A DNA stretch of 64,000 nucleotides, from positions 96,979 to 160,978 of the forward strand of contig CAYMNK010000005.1 in NCBI GenBank assembly GCA_964391805.1. The letters run 5' to 3'. The notes beneath the pieces were generated by a model. The model saw only the letters and a list, made by a program, of their open reading frames with translations. It did no database searches and was not told the DNA's origin. This stretch comes from an uncultured Christensenellaceae bacterium. Its GTDB lineage: Bacteria; Bacillota; Clostridia; Christensenellales; CAG-1252. Positions 1 to 8,803 of this stretch are shown one piece after another. Position 1 is the first letter of the stretch; each line of letters begins with the position of its first letter. Position numbers and translations under genes: made by a program.

Positions 1-330
1 ACACTGTGGCAAATGAGTACAGAATGCATTGTAGTATTTCCCGACGGTGTAGAGGTTCTACCATGGATGTTGTGCGGTAACAACGATATAGGTATGGCTA
101 CTGCAGAAAAAATGAAACTGGCAAGAGTTGTAGTTTGGGCTCTTCACGGTATATACGGCGCAGGCAAGAATCTTGACGAGACATTCGGATTAGTAGAAAC
201 GGTTGAAAAAGCATCACAAATATATATGCTTACATCACACCGCGATAGAATAAACACCATTACCGATGAACAATTAAGAGTTTTGGCGGATGCGTTCGGT
301 GTGAAGGTTAAAGAAGGAATAATAGAATAG
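1..330 (+). CDS. rhaD: rhamnulose-1-phosphate aldolase (class II aldolase), C-terminal part; 5' end lies outside the window
   Basis: The frame is open from nt 1. The segment VVWALHGIYGAGKNLDETFGLVETVEKASQ closely resembles the E. coli RhaD C-terminus as I recall it ([28 protein letters not shown]). Confidence 0.7.
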   Translation, partial: TLWQMSTECIVVFPDGVEVLPWMLCGNNDIGMATAEKMKLARVVVWALHGIYGAGKNLDETFGLVETVEKASQIYMLTSHRDRINTITDEQLRVLADAFGVKVKEGIIE

Positions 331-377
331 TACGTGAAGAGTGAAGATGAGCGGAAAAATGATTAAAGACTTAGCCC

Positions 378-955
378 GCCGTCATATTGCTTCCCGTCCC
401 GTCATACTGAGCGTAGCATAAGCGGAGTCGAACTGCGTAGTAGTGCGAGGTGCAATCGAGCAGTATCTTGGACGGTAACGATAAGCTATTGTTTTTGTAT
501 CAGCTTTAATGATAATGAATAAGATTCCGACACCATGTGGTGTCGCCCTGCGGGTTCGACTTCGGTCTTTCGACCTCCGCTCAGAATGACATTGATTGGA
601 TGCTGACGCTTGCTGTGATATGGATGATTGTTAGACTTATGACCAAATTGGTGCATAATAAAAGCAAGTGCGAGGACTTGCTTTTGGCGGGCGTTTACTA
701 AACGCCCCTACACCATTTGTAATATATTGTCATCTTTTGAGTAAAGTATATGAGCGTAAATGTGCTATTTTTTATGGATTTTAGATTCCGACACCATAGG
801 GTGTCGCCCTGGGGGTTCGACTTCGGTCTTTCGACCTCCGCTCAGAATGACATTTGATGGTGCGGTGCTACTCCATCAGTATGACATTTGATGCTAAATT
901 GCTCATCATATTTTTGCTCAGTATGACGGTGGACAAAATTTAGTGTGACATTTGA
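378..955. repeat. Intergenic mosaic repeat locus R1: one inverted unit (378-485), two forward hairpin units (521-600, 776-862), one twin-hairpin module (658-712) and extra CAGTATGAC tails
   Basis: Hairpins cgacacca-tg-tggtgtcg (528-545) and cgacacc-atag-ggtgtcg (789-806) are each followed by gggttcgacttcggtctttcgacctccgctcagaatgaca. The sequence aaaagcaagtgcgaggacttgcttttggcgggcgtttactaaacgcccc matches copies at 24.5, 31.0, 55.9 and 61.5 kb. Confidence 0.9.
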
Positions 956-959
956 TTTT

Positions 960-1754
960 TTAGTCGATTTTGACTCCGTTGGCGTTTATTATAAACGCCT
1001 TTTTTGTAAGCGGATAATTGCTTCGCGCAGATGCCATGTAATCCTTAATCATACGCTGTGCTAATGGTATAAGTTTATCAAACATTTGTTCCAAACTAAC
1101 ATTGGTTTCCATTTTTTCGTTACGAATTTGTTCCCATGTATTTCTATTAACGTTCATATAATCGTTAATGAGCATATTATTAGGTTTCGGATCGGTAAAT
1201 GAGTAATTGTTAAATGCTTGTCTAAATGACGACGGCTCTACAACATAACCTAAACACTTGGGATCGATTGCGTTGGTATATAAATCGATTATATCGTCTA
1301 TAACAAAAGACCTTGCCTTGAAACTCCGCACTTCGTCAAGAGAGGAAAGCATGTGACTGCAACGTACATAATAATCGATGGAATCTGATATATCTTTGAG
1401 TTCCTCAACCGACAATTCGTCGTCAAAATAATGATGGACTCCGTGCTCGTACATATAGTATACATAAGGTTTCATACGACTATCAAGTAGATAGTGACAT
1501 ATCATTCCGAGCATATAACTCAATTGACATTTACTGCTACTACCGAGTATGTACTCCGCCGAACCCGCAAATAAACTGTATCCTTGCATGGAATCCAATT
1601 CTGCTTTTACAGTTCCTATGCCTTCGAAAACATCGGCACCCAATACACCAAGCCTAAAAGCATCGGGATATAACCTGATGACTTGACTACTACCTATGGG
1701 TAATCCCTCTGTTACCTTGGAGGCAAAGTATATTTGAGTGTAAAATCCTATCAT
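960..1754 (-). CDS. hypothetical protein, 264 aa, function unknown
   Basis: Long ORF placed 9 nt downstream of the PHP gene on the same strand, so probably one operon. I see no confident motif; a vague resemblance to zinc-dependent phospholipase C-like proteins is not supported by the expected N-terminal His. Confidence 0.55.
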   Translation of the reverse strand: MIGFYTQIYFASKVTEGLPIGSSQVIRLYPDAFRLGVLGADVFEGIGTVKAELDSMQGYSLFAGSAEYILGSSSKCQLSYMLGMICHYLLDSRMKPYVYYMYEHGVHHYFDDELSVEELKDISDSIDYYVRCSHMLSSLDEVRSFKARSFVIDDIIDLYTNAIDPKCLGYVVEPSSFRQAFNNYSFTDPKPNNMLINDYMNVNRNTWEQIRNEKMETNVSLEQMFDKLIPLAQRMIKDYMASARSNYPLTKKAFIINANGVKID

Positions 1755-1763
1755 ATAGTCTCC

Positions 1764-2516
1764 TTAATGCTTCTTAAATATCGGGCGTTTGTCGCCTAAG
1801 TTTACTATTCTATCCTCAATACCATATTTAGCGATAAGAGCGTTCGCTTCGTCAAATCGACCGACATCGCATGTGCGATGCGCATCGCTGTTAACTATCA
1901 GCTTGACATCGGTTGATAGCAATTCATCAAGTATATCGTCCAAAACAGCCAAATGCTTGATATTGATTTCCATATATGTTTGAGTGTCAACACACGCCTT
2001 CGCAACCTCTTTGACATCAAAAAAATAACGGTGATTGGGGTGTGTAATAAAATCTATATCATTATTGGTTATACATTTGATAAGTATACGCGTATTGCGC
2101 TTACGACATACACTACTGTTACAAAAGAATGGATTGAGCATGGACGGTAAATACATTCTAAACCAGTCTTTTATAGAAGCGGGACCGGTAAATTGGTGGA
2201 AACCAACAGATAAAACATCCAATAAAGACTTGTCGCTACCGGATATATCTATATGTCCTTCTTCATCGATAAAATCCGCTTCATTGCCAAATAATACATT
2301 GATAGAGTAGTTCGATTTGATCTTTTGTATATATTGGTACTCCACATGTAGTTTCTTTTGTGAATAACAAGTGTTCCTTAGTCCGTGCTCGGTAATGGCA
2401 ATATCCTTTAAGCCCTTAGCTTCCGCCGATTCGATAAGTTCCTCGATAGTGCACTTTCCGTCACTCCAGTATGTATGTGTATGATAATCTCCATAATAAT
2501 TCATAATACTAATCAT
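1764..2516 (-). CDS. PHP-domain phosphoesterase (histidinol-phosphatase-like family)
   Basis: The N-terminal GDYHTHTYWSDG motif, ITEHG, and the later FITHPN / NSDAH metal-ligand motifs are typical of PHP domains. Confidence 0.75.
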   Translation of the reverse strand: MISIMNYYGDYHTHTYWSDGKCTIEELIESAEAKGLKDIAITEHGLRNTCYSQKKLHVEYQYIQKIKSNYSINVLFGNEADFIDEEGHIDISGSDKSLLDVLSVGFHQFTGPASIKDWFRMYLPSMLNPFFCNSSVCRKRNTRILIKCITNNDIDFITHPNHRYFFDVKEVAKACVDTQTYMEINIKHLAVLDDILDELLSTDVKLIVNSDAHRTCDVGRFDEANALIAKYGIEDRIVNLGDKRPIFKKH

Positions 2517-2689
2517 AACACTTTTTTTGAAAATTGTCTATAATTCTCGAATAATTAAACGCAGTTTTGCCGTATTTTTTTGTCACGAATTTGACCTTGC
2601 TCGCATTTTTACATTTGTTTTACATTTTTATTTGATTATAAGGCGGATATTTGATATAATCTATATATATCTTTTTAAGGACGGATTAT

Positions 2690-3466
2690 ATGTTAACCGA
2701 TGCACATGCACATTTGAATGATTCTGCTTATATAAATGATTTAGACGCTGTCGTTTCCGATTGCTTAAATATCGGCGTCGGTATTATCGTCAATTCCGCG
2801 TGGGACCTCGATAGCAGTATCAAGGCTTTGGAATTAGCGGAGAAATATCCCCGTATGTATTTTACCGTGGGAATACATCCGCATAATGTGCCCGATGCTA
2901 AGGACTCGGATTTATATAAACTTATGGAATTAACAAAACACGATAAATGCGTGGCGTGGGGCGAAACAGGACTCGATTACCATTACGATCAAACCAAAAA
3001 AGATATTCAAAAGGCGTTTTTTAAAGAGCAAATAGATATAGCAAACCAATTGGGCAAACCTTTGGTATTGCACCTAAGAGATGCTTATGGCGACGCTAAC
3101 GAAATCATTTCCGCTTATTCCAATAAAATGAATAACGGCGTTTTATTGCATTGTTACAGCGGTTCGATGGAATTGGCTCGCGATATGTATAACAAACTCG
3201 ACTTCTATTATTCTTTCGGTGGCACTATCACATTCAACAAGAATAATAAAAGCGAAGTGCTGAAGGTCATCCCCGAAGATAGACTGATGCTTGAAACAGA
3301 CTGCCCTTATATGACACCGGTGCCATATAGAGGTAAAAGGAACACTCCTGCGTACATAAGTTTGGTCAGGGATAAAATGGCTGAAAACCTAAACAAATCA
3401 CCCGATTACATCGAACAAATAACATATCGTAACCTATTAAGATTTTACCATATCGAGGACAAATAA
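2690..3466 (+). CDS. tatD: TatD-family metal-dependent hydrolase/DNase
   Basis: MLTDAHAHLN start, GIHPH, GETGLDY, VLHLRDA and LETDCPYMTP motifs. It sits directly upstream of rsmA, as in the Bacillus yabD-ksgA region. Confidence 0.9.
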   Translation: MLTDAHAHLNDSAYINDLDAVVSDCLNIGVGIIVNSAWDLDSSIKALELAEKYPRMYFTVGIHPHNVPDAKDSDLYKLMELTKHDKCVAWGETGLDYHYDQTKKDIQKAFFKEQIDIANQLGKPLVLHLRDAYGDANEIISAYSNKMNNGVLLHCYSGSMELARDMYNKLDFYYSFGGTITFNKNNKSEVLKVIPEDRLMLETDCPYMTPVPYRGKRNTPAYISLVRDKMAENLNKSPDYIEQITYRNLLRFYHIEDK

Positions 3467-4294
3467 ATGAGTTTACCGCTAAAAGATCTAATTATTAAAC
3501 ATGATTTCCATTTCAATAAGAGATATGGACAAAATTTCATTTCCGATAATAACCTTCTCGACGCCATAGTCGAGGATGCACAAATTACCGAAGAGGATAC
3601 CGTACTCGAAATAGGTGCCGGTGCAGGTACATTAACTAAGCGCTTGGCTTGTAAAGCAAAAAAGGTGGTAGGCTATGAAATAGATAAAAATCTTGTCGGT
3701 ATTCTATACGAAAATCTTGTCGATGTTTCCAATGTCGAGTTGAGATTTATGGATTTTATGAAGGACGATCCTAAAAAACTCCGCGAGGAATTTAAAAACG
3801 CTAAGGTTGTGGCAAATCTTCCTTACTATATAACCACCCCTGTGATTATGAGATTACTCGAGGACGGTATCGGACAAAGCATAACCGTTATGGTTCAAAA
3901 AGAGGTTGCCGATAGATTGTCTGCAGAGCCTTCGACAAAGGACTATAGCGCTATAACAGTCAAAGTAAAAATGCTCGGCGGTGCGGTTACTACGCGAAAA
4001 GTGCTAAGAAATATGTTTTATCCGATGCCAAATGTAGATTCGGCAGTAATTAGAATCAATAGAAATCCGATATACCTCGGTGTGAATGAAAAATATACCG
4101 ATAAAGTGGTCAAAACATCCTTCCTAATGAGACGTAAAACATTGGTCAATAACCTCGTCGGTCTTGGATTCACCAAGGAAGAATTGGCGGACACGTTGAC
4201 AGATATGGGTATAGACGTTAATGCTCGAGGAGAAACTCTGTCACCCGAACAATTCGTCGATTTATCCGATCGTCTTTATGCGAAAAAATCATAA
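3467..4294 (+). CDS. rsmA: 16S rRNA (adenine1518/1519-N6)-dimethyltransferase
   Basis: KRYGQNF, EIGAGAGTLT (SAM motif I) and VANLPYYITTP motifs. The ATG follows the tatD stop directly. Confidence 0.92.
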   Translation: MSLPLKDLIIKHDFHFNKRYGQNFISDNNLLDAIVEDAQITEEDTVLEIGAGAGTLTKRLACKAKKVVGYEIDKNLVGILYENLVDVSNVELRFMDFMKDDPKKLREEFKNAKVVANLPYYITTPVIMRLLEDGIGQSITVMVQKEVADRLSAEPSTKDYSAITVKVKMLGGAVTTRKVLRNMFYPMPNVDSAVIRINRNPIYLGVNEKYTDKVVKTSFLMRRKTLVNNLVGLGFTKEELADTLTDMGIDVNARGETLSPEQFVDLSDRLYAKKS

Positions 4295-4322
4295 ACTATT
4301 TTGACAATATGGTAAAAAACAT

Positions 4323-4351
4323 TTGCAAATATCAGAGTTTCGTCGTATAAT
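4323..4351 (+). promoter_or_regulatory. sigma-A type promoter for tRNA-Gln
   Basis: TTGCAA (4323-4328), 17-nt spacer, TATAAT (4346-4351). The tRNA 5' end lies 11 nt downstream. Confidence 0.6.
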
Positions 4352-4361
4352 GTAAGAACAT

Positions 4362-4435
4362 TGGAGTATGGTGTAGTGGTAGCACATAGGCCTCTGACTC
4401 CTATGGTGTTGGTTCGATTCCGACTACTCCTGCCA
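4362..4435 (+). tRNA. tRNA-Gln (anticodon CTG), CCA encoded
   Basis: Hand-folded cloverleaf. Acceptor TGGAGTA/TACTCCT with U8. D arm GTGT-AGTGGTA-GCAC. Anticodon arm TAGGC-CTCTGAC-TCCTA (U33, CUG, A37). T arm GTTGG-TTCGATT-CCGAC. Discriminator G plus CCA. Positions 1:72 are U.U and 31:39 are C.U mismatches. Confidence 0.8.
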
Positions 4436-4440
4436 AAAAA

Positions 4441-4468
4441 GCCTGTACATAAGTACAGGTCTTTTTTT
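4441..4468 (+). terminator. rho-independent terminator after tRNA-Gln
   Basis: cctgtac-ataa-gtacagg stem-loop followed by a T7 run. Confidence 0.8.
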
Positions 4469-4474
4469 ATCTTA

Positions 4475-5602
4475 TCATTCAAAATTTATCGATAACAATT
4501 TAAGTATGGTAGGCGTTATCTCAGCTCTTTGTAAAAGGTCTTTAAGTTCCTGTCTTTTCGCTTTCAAATAGGACGGTGCGTGATTCGCTCTCTTGGCCCT
4601 AATAAGTAAATTTTTAGGGCTATCCGATAAATCAACGAATTCGAGTACATCGGTTTTATATCCATAGAGTTCGAGCACAGTTGCTCGTATCGAATCGGTA
4701 ATTAATGCAGAAATTCGCTCTTTTATTATACCATATCTCATTAAAATCGGTTCAAAGCCCGACGATATTTGCTTATTAACTTCCTTTTGACAGCACGGTA
4801 CCGAGAAAATATATTTCGCTTTAGATTCCACCGCTTGTTTGAGTACGTAGTCGGTAGCAATATCGCATGCATGCAGTGAAATAATCAAATCAGGCTGTCG
4901 TATTGGTTTATAATCGATAATGTTCATACAATAGAAGTGCATTCCGTTATAACCATATTCGTTGGCGAGATTGGCGCAATCATTGATCACGCTATCCTTA
5001 AGGTCCACGCCGTCGAGTGTGACATTCATTTTTTTAACCACATTTAGATAATAGTATACCGCAAAACTTAAATAGCTTTTACCGCAACCGAAATCGGCAA
5101 TATAAATATTATCATTTTCGTGATAATCAACCAAACAGTCGTCAAGCAACTCGAGATAGCGGTTAATTTGCCTAAATTTATCACGCATAGAGGCGACAAC
5201 CTTGTATTCTTTGGTGAAAATTCCGATTTTAACAAAAATGGGGATGGGTGTACCTTCGGGAATAAGATAATTTTTCTCTTTATTGTGTAACGTCGGTGAT
5301 TGTTTCTCGGCAACTATCTTCTTACAAAACGATATCTCGCCGTTTTTGAGAAATGCCGAAAACGATTCGTCGCCAAAAATATGCATTTCCTTAAAATGCA
5401 CGCATGCGCTGTAAAGATAATCGCCCAATACATCGAAATTAGAATGTGTAACCTGTGTATCGGTATACTGTTCTGCTTGATAGAGCGTTTTAGCATTACT
5501 CAACCGTTTGATGACGATTTTTTTATATAAAGAGTCCTTTAACGGCTTAGAAAGGACAACTTTGTTGTATTCGCTTTTAAGTAATTGTTCTAATGTATAC
5601 AT
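4475..5602 (-). CDS. class I SAM-dependent methyltransferase (Methyltransf_32-like)
   Basis: Motif I is IADFGCGKSYLSFAVY. The 375-aa ORF has coding-like composition. The substrate is unknown. Confidence 0.7.
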   Translation of the reverse strand: MYTLEQLLKSEYNKVVLSKPLKDSLYKKIVIKRLSNAKTLYQAEQYTDTQVTHSNFDVLGDYLYSACVHFKEMHIFGDESFSAFLKNGEISFCKKIVAEKQSPTLHNKEKNYLIPEGTPIPIFVKIGIFTKEYKVVASMRDKFRQINRYLELLDDCLVDYHENDNIYIADFGCGKSYLSFAVYYYLNVVKKMNVTLDGVDLKDSVINDCANLANEYGYNGMHFYCMNIIDYKPIRQPDLIISLHACDIATDYVLKQAVESKAKYIFSVPCCQKEVNKQISSGFEPILMRYGIIKERISALITDSIRATVLELYGYKTDVLEFVDLSDSPKNLLIRAKRANHAPSYLKAKRQELKDLLQRAEITPTILKLLSINFE

Positions 5603-5693
5603 AACTATTTAATTCTACAACAAAACGATTTCAAATGCAATATAAAACCACACTTTTTTGCATACCCTTCGACTAAAAAGAATAAAATATTGC

Positions 5694-6284
5694 ATGAATC
5701 TTATCTTTGTGATATTGTTGGTTTTCTCAATTATCGCTATATGCATTTCTTCTCCGGATTCTGCGGTATCTTTTATGTTGGAAGGAACAAGCGAAGCGGT
5801 TAGGCTTACGATAAAACTGACTGCAATATACTCATTATGGTCGGGGCTTTTGCGTATAATGACCGATTCGGGTGTCGATAAAGCCGTTGCTACACTCTTT
5901 AAACCCATAACTAAACGAATTTTTAAGGGCGAAAACGACGAAACACAGTGTTTTATTGCTATGAACCTTACTGCGAACTTTTTAGGTATGGGCGGTGCAG
6001 GAACCTCTATGGGAATACGGTCAATGGAATTGATGGGACAAAATAAAAACAAAATCGATAAAAACATGATGCTGTTTTATATAATAAATGTTAGTTCGGT
6101 ACAATTATTGCCAACCACCGTAATAGCACTGCGGTCATCGATGTCGAGCAAAAGCCCTTCAGATATCATTCTTCCGGCGTTTATCGCAAGTCTATTCACC
6201 ACCCTTGTGGGCGTATTGTCAGTGTTGATAATAGAGCAAATAAAGACGGTGTTTGCCAAAAAAATTAAAAGAAAACATGCTTAA
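5694..6284 (+). CDS. spmA: spore maturation protein A (nucleoside-recognition/Gate domain membrane protein)
   Basis: Start moved from the track's TTG (5658) to ATG 5694, giving MNLIFVILLVF. This is a polytopic membrane protein paired with an overlapping spmB, as in Bacillus spmAB. Confidence 0.75.
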   Translation: MNLIFVILLVFSIIAICISSPDSAVSFMLEGTSEAVRLTIKLTAIYSLWSGLLRIMTDSGVDKAVATLFKPITKRIFKGENDETQCFIAMNLTANFLGMGGAGTSMGIRSMELMGQNKNKIDKNMMLFYIINVSSVQLLPTTVIALRSSMSSKSPSDIILPAFIASLFTTLVGVLSVLIIEQIKTVFAKKIKRKHA

Positions 6285-6792
6285 GTATACGGCATATGTA
6301 ATTCCGATATTGATAGTGATACTGCTTATCGTATCGCTTTTTAAACGAAACAAAGCTTTCGATAGTTTTGCATCGGGCGCCAAAGAAGGATTGGAACTTG
6401 CTATAGGTGTTTTTCCTTTTCTTGCATCGGTATTTGTTTGCGTGACATTATTTAGGGTGAGCGGATTAGCGACATACCTATCCGAAATTTGTAAACCATT
6501 ATTTGAATTCACCGGGGTTCCCATCGAATTAGCCGAGTTGATAATGATTAAGCCATTTAGCGGTTCGGGAACGTTAGCCGAACTCGAAAATATCTATACG
6601 CAATACGGAGTGGATAGTTATATATCTCGATGTGCATCGGTGATATTAGGAAGCAGTGAGACAGTGTTTTATGTATCGGCAGTATATTTTTCTAAATGTA
6701 AAGTCAAAAACCTATCCTATGGAATTCCGTTATCGTTATTGATCACATATTTAGGTGCAATTTTTAGTTGTTTTATATGTCGATATTTGTAG
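6277..6792 (+). CDS. spmB: spore maturation protein B
   Basis: ATG 6277 overlaps the spmA stop (ATGCTTAA). SFASGAKEGLELAIGVFPFL and IKPFSGSGTLA resemble B. subtilis SpmB (FVEGGKEGIKIAF..., IRPISGTAAL). Confidence 0.75.
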   Translation: MLKYTAYVIPILIVILLIVSLFKRNKAFDSFASGAKEGLELAIGVFPFLASVFVCVTLFRVSGLATYLSEICKPLFEFTGVPIELAELIMIKPFSGSGTLAELENIYTQYGVDSYISRCASVILGSSETVFYVSAVYFSKCKVKNLSYGIPLSLLITYLGAIFSCFICRYL

Positions 6793-6805
6793 CGAGGATG
6801 CTTAT

Positions 6806-7250
6806 GCGGATTTTAGATACCGACGCTATGCGTCGCCCTTCGGGTTCGACTTCGGTTTTCAACCTTCGCTCAGTATGACAAGATTGGAGCGCTGACGCTT
6901 GCCTTGATATGGATTAAGATTCCAATGCTTCGCTTTGCCCTATGGGTTCGACTTCGGGCTTTGCTTAGAATGACATTTGATGGTGCTCAGTATGACAAGA
7001 ATGTTATAGTCCGCCGTCATACTGAGTGGAGCGTAAGCGGAATCGAAATTCGAACAAAGTGAGAATCAAACGGCGTAGGCGTTTGGTATCTTGCGGACGG
7101 AATGATAAGTCTTTGTTATCGTATCCGCTTTTATTAATGCGGAATTAGATACTACAAGGCAAGCCTTGCACTGCTTCGCAGTTCGACTACAGACTTCGTC
7201 TTCCGCTCAGTATGACGAGACGGGAAGCTTAGTATGACATATATTTGATG
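6806..7250. repeat. Intergenic mosaic repeat locus R2: four units, three forward and one inverted (7010-7115), each with a different first hairpin
   Basis: The hairpins are cgacgc-tat-gcgtcg (6821-6835), caatgc-ttc-gctttg (one mismatch), the inverted unit's caaacg...cgtttg, and caaggc-aa-gccttg. All are followed by TTCGA(C/T)T ... (C/T)TCAGTATGAC tails. Confidence 0.9.
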
Positions 7251-7291
7251 ATTTTGCAAATAATATAAATAATCTACCACCTATACTACAT

Positions 7292-8803
7292 ATGAAAAAT
7301 GGTAAACGAACACTTATAAAGAGCGGAATAGTTCTAACGGTTTTCGGTGTTATCTCCAAAGTTATAGGACTGTTTTATAGAATTCCGCTTACCAATTTAC
7401 TCGGAGCAAACGGAATGGGGGTATATCAAATGATATTCCCGGTCTACGCATTACTTGTGGCGGTAGTATCTTCTGCTGTTCCTGTTTTGGTATCGAAAAA
7501 TCTCAATGCGTTGAGTGACACCGAATTAAAAAAGGGATTCTTCACCGAATCATTTTTTTATTCATTATCAACCGGTTTGATATTTGGCATTGGACTTATT
7601 GCCGTCGCTAAGTTGTTGGGGTTATTGCAAGGAAATGCTGAAGTCGAAACCGGATATTATATGATAGCACCTGCAGTTTTCTTTGTATCGGTGCTGTCGG
7701 CATTTCGAGGCTGGTTTAACTCGTGTTTAAATACCATTCATACGGCAATCAGCGGACTTTTCGAACAACTATTCAAACTGTCGGGAATTGCTACTTGCTA
7801 TATTTTTGGATTAGAAGGGATAAAAGCGGTTAACATCGCACTTTTAGGCATATCGTTGTCGGAATTTGTTGCTTGCGCATATGCGTTAATTATGTTTTTA
7901 GTTAAGGGCGGACGACTTGTTCGCGGTATTATACGAGTTCCGTTTTCGGCGTTTGTATCGGCATCAGCTCCTTTGACGGTGGGCGGACTCGTATTTCCGT
8001 TAGCATTATTTACAGATAGCATACTTGTTACAAGACTGTTGGCGTTACATGGTTTATCCGAAGCGGATGCAATTACCGAGTACGGCATTTTTTCGGGTGC
8101 GGTAGGCACGCTTATCAATGTTCCTCAAAGCCTTGCTATTTCGTTTGCGGTAACAATGATACCTGTAGTTGCAAGACACAAGAAGGAACAAAACATTAAA
8201 GGTATAAGAAGAGGGGAAATGACGGCGTTAAAAGCGGTTTTGATTATTGCTTTACCCTGTGCCGTTGCGTTATTTGTATTAGCTAAGAGCGTGATAGCGT
8301 TCCTTTATCCTGCATTTTCCGCAAGCGAGCAATCACGCGCGGTTTTTCTTCTTCAAATATCGGTCATACAAATACCCATATTGAGCGTACTTCAATTATT
8401 CGGTTCCTTTTTGCAAGCACTCGATAAAGGGGTAGTATCGGCAAAAAACATGATAATTGCTTGTGTAATCAAACTTGGAATAAACTTTACTTGTATTCGA
8501 TTAGGAATAGAAGGCATAATATTAGCAAATACAATTTGTTATTCCGTTTGTGCGGTACTCGATATCATATACGGATACCGTCTTACAGGCAAAACCGAAT
8601 TCAAAAGCGGAATACCGATATTGTTCGCGTCTCTCATCATGGGTGGAATTATGCTTCTAATTAATAAAAAAATATCAAATAATCTTCTGTCGCTTGCACT
8701 TTCGTTGTTGATTGGCGGAGCAATTTATGTTATAATACTACTAATATTAAACAAGATCGGCAATAGTTTACCCCAAAAAGCCGATCGATCGGAGGAATTA
8801 TGA
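7292..8803 (+). CDS. MOP-superfamily flippase (SpoVB / YabM / MurJ-like polysaccharide biosynthesis protein)
   Basis: About 14 predicted TM segments. The N-terminus LIKSGIVLTVFGVISKVIGLFYRIPLTNLLGANGMGVYQM is typical of SpoVB/YabM. It lies directly upstream of a yabN-like gene, as in Bacillus. Confidence 0.75.
   Translation: MKNGKRTLIKSGIVLTVFGVISKVIGLFYRIPLTNLLGANGMGVYQMIFPVYALLVAVVSSAVPVLVSKNLNALSDTELKKGFFTESFFYSLSTGLIFGIGLIAVAKLLGLLQGNAEVETGYYMIAPAVFFVSVLSAFRGWFNSCLNTIHTAISGLFEQLFKLSGIATCYIFGLEGIKAVNIALLGISLSEFVACAYALIMFLVKGGRLVRGIIRVPFSAFVSASAPLTVGGLVFPLALFTDSILVTRLLALHGLSEADAITEYGIFSGAVGTLINVPQSLAISFAVTMIPVVARHKKEQNIKGIRRGEMTALKAVLIIALPCAVALFVLAKSVIAFLYPAFSASEQSRAVFLLQISVIQIPILSVLQLFGSFLQALDKGVVSAKNMIIACVIKLGINFTCIRLGIEGIILANTICYSVCAVLDIIYGYRLTGKTEFKSGIPILFASLIMGGIMLLINKKISNNLLSLALSLLIGGAIYVIILLILNKIGNSLPQKADRSEEL

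Noticed and set aside
521-600. GGGTTCGACT in the repeat units looks like a tRNA T-arm (GGTTCGA), which raises the idea of tRNA genes or tRNA-derived SINE-like elements.
   Set aside because: No acceptor stem, D arm or anticodon arm can be folded around it. The flanking pairing needed for a T stem is absent. The only real tRNA I can fold is tRNA-Gln at 4362-4435.
4276-4482. A 68-aa minus-strand ORF.
   Set aside because: It overlaps the tRNA-Gln gene and its terminator, so it is an artefact.
6806-7250. Could the variable-sequence, conserved-structure hairpins be integron attC sites?
   Set aside because: There is no GTTRRRY/RYYYAAC core pair and no intI gene. The elements sit between housekeeping genes on either strand rather than after promoterless cassettes in one orientation.
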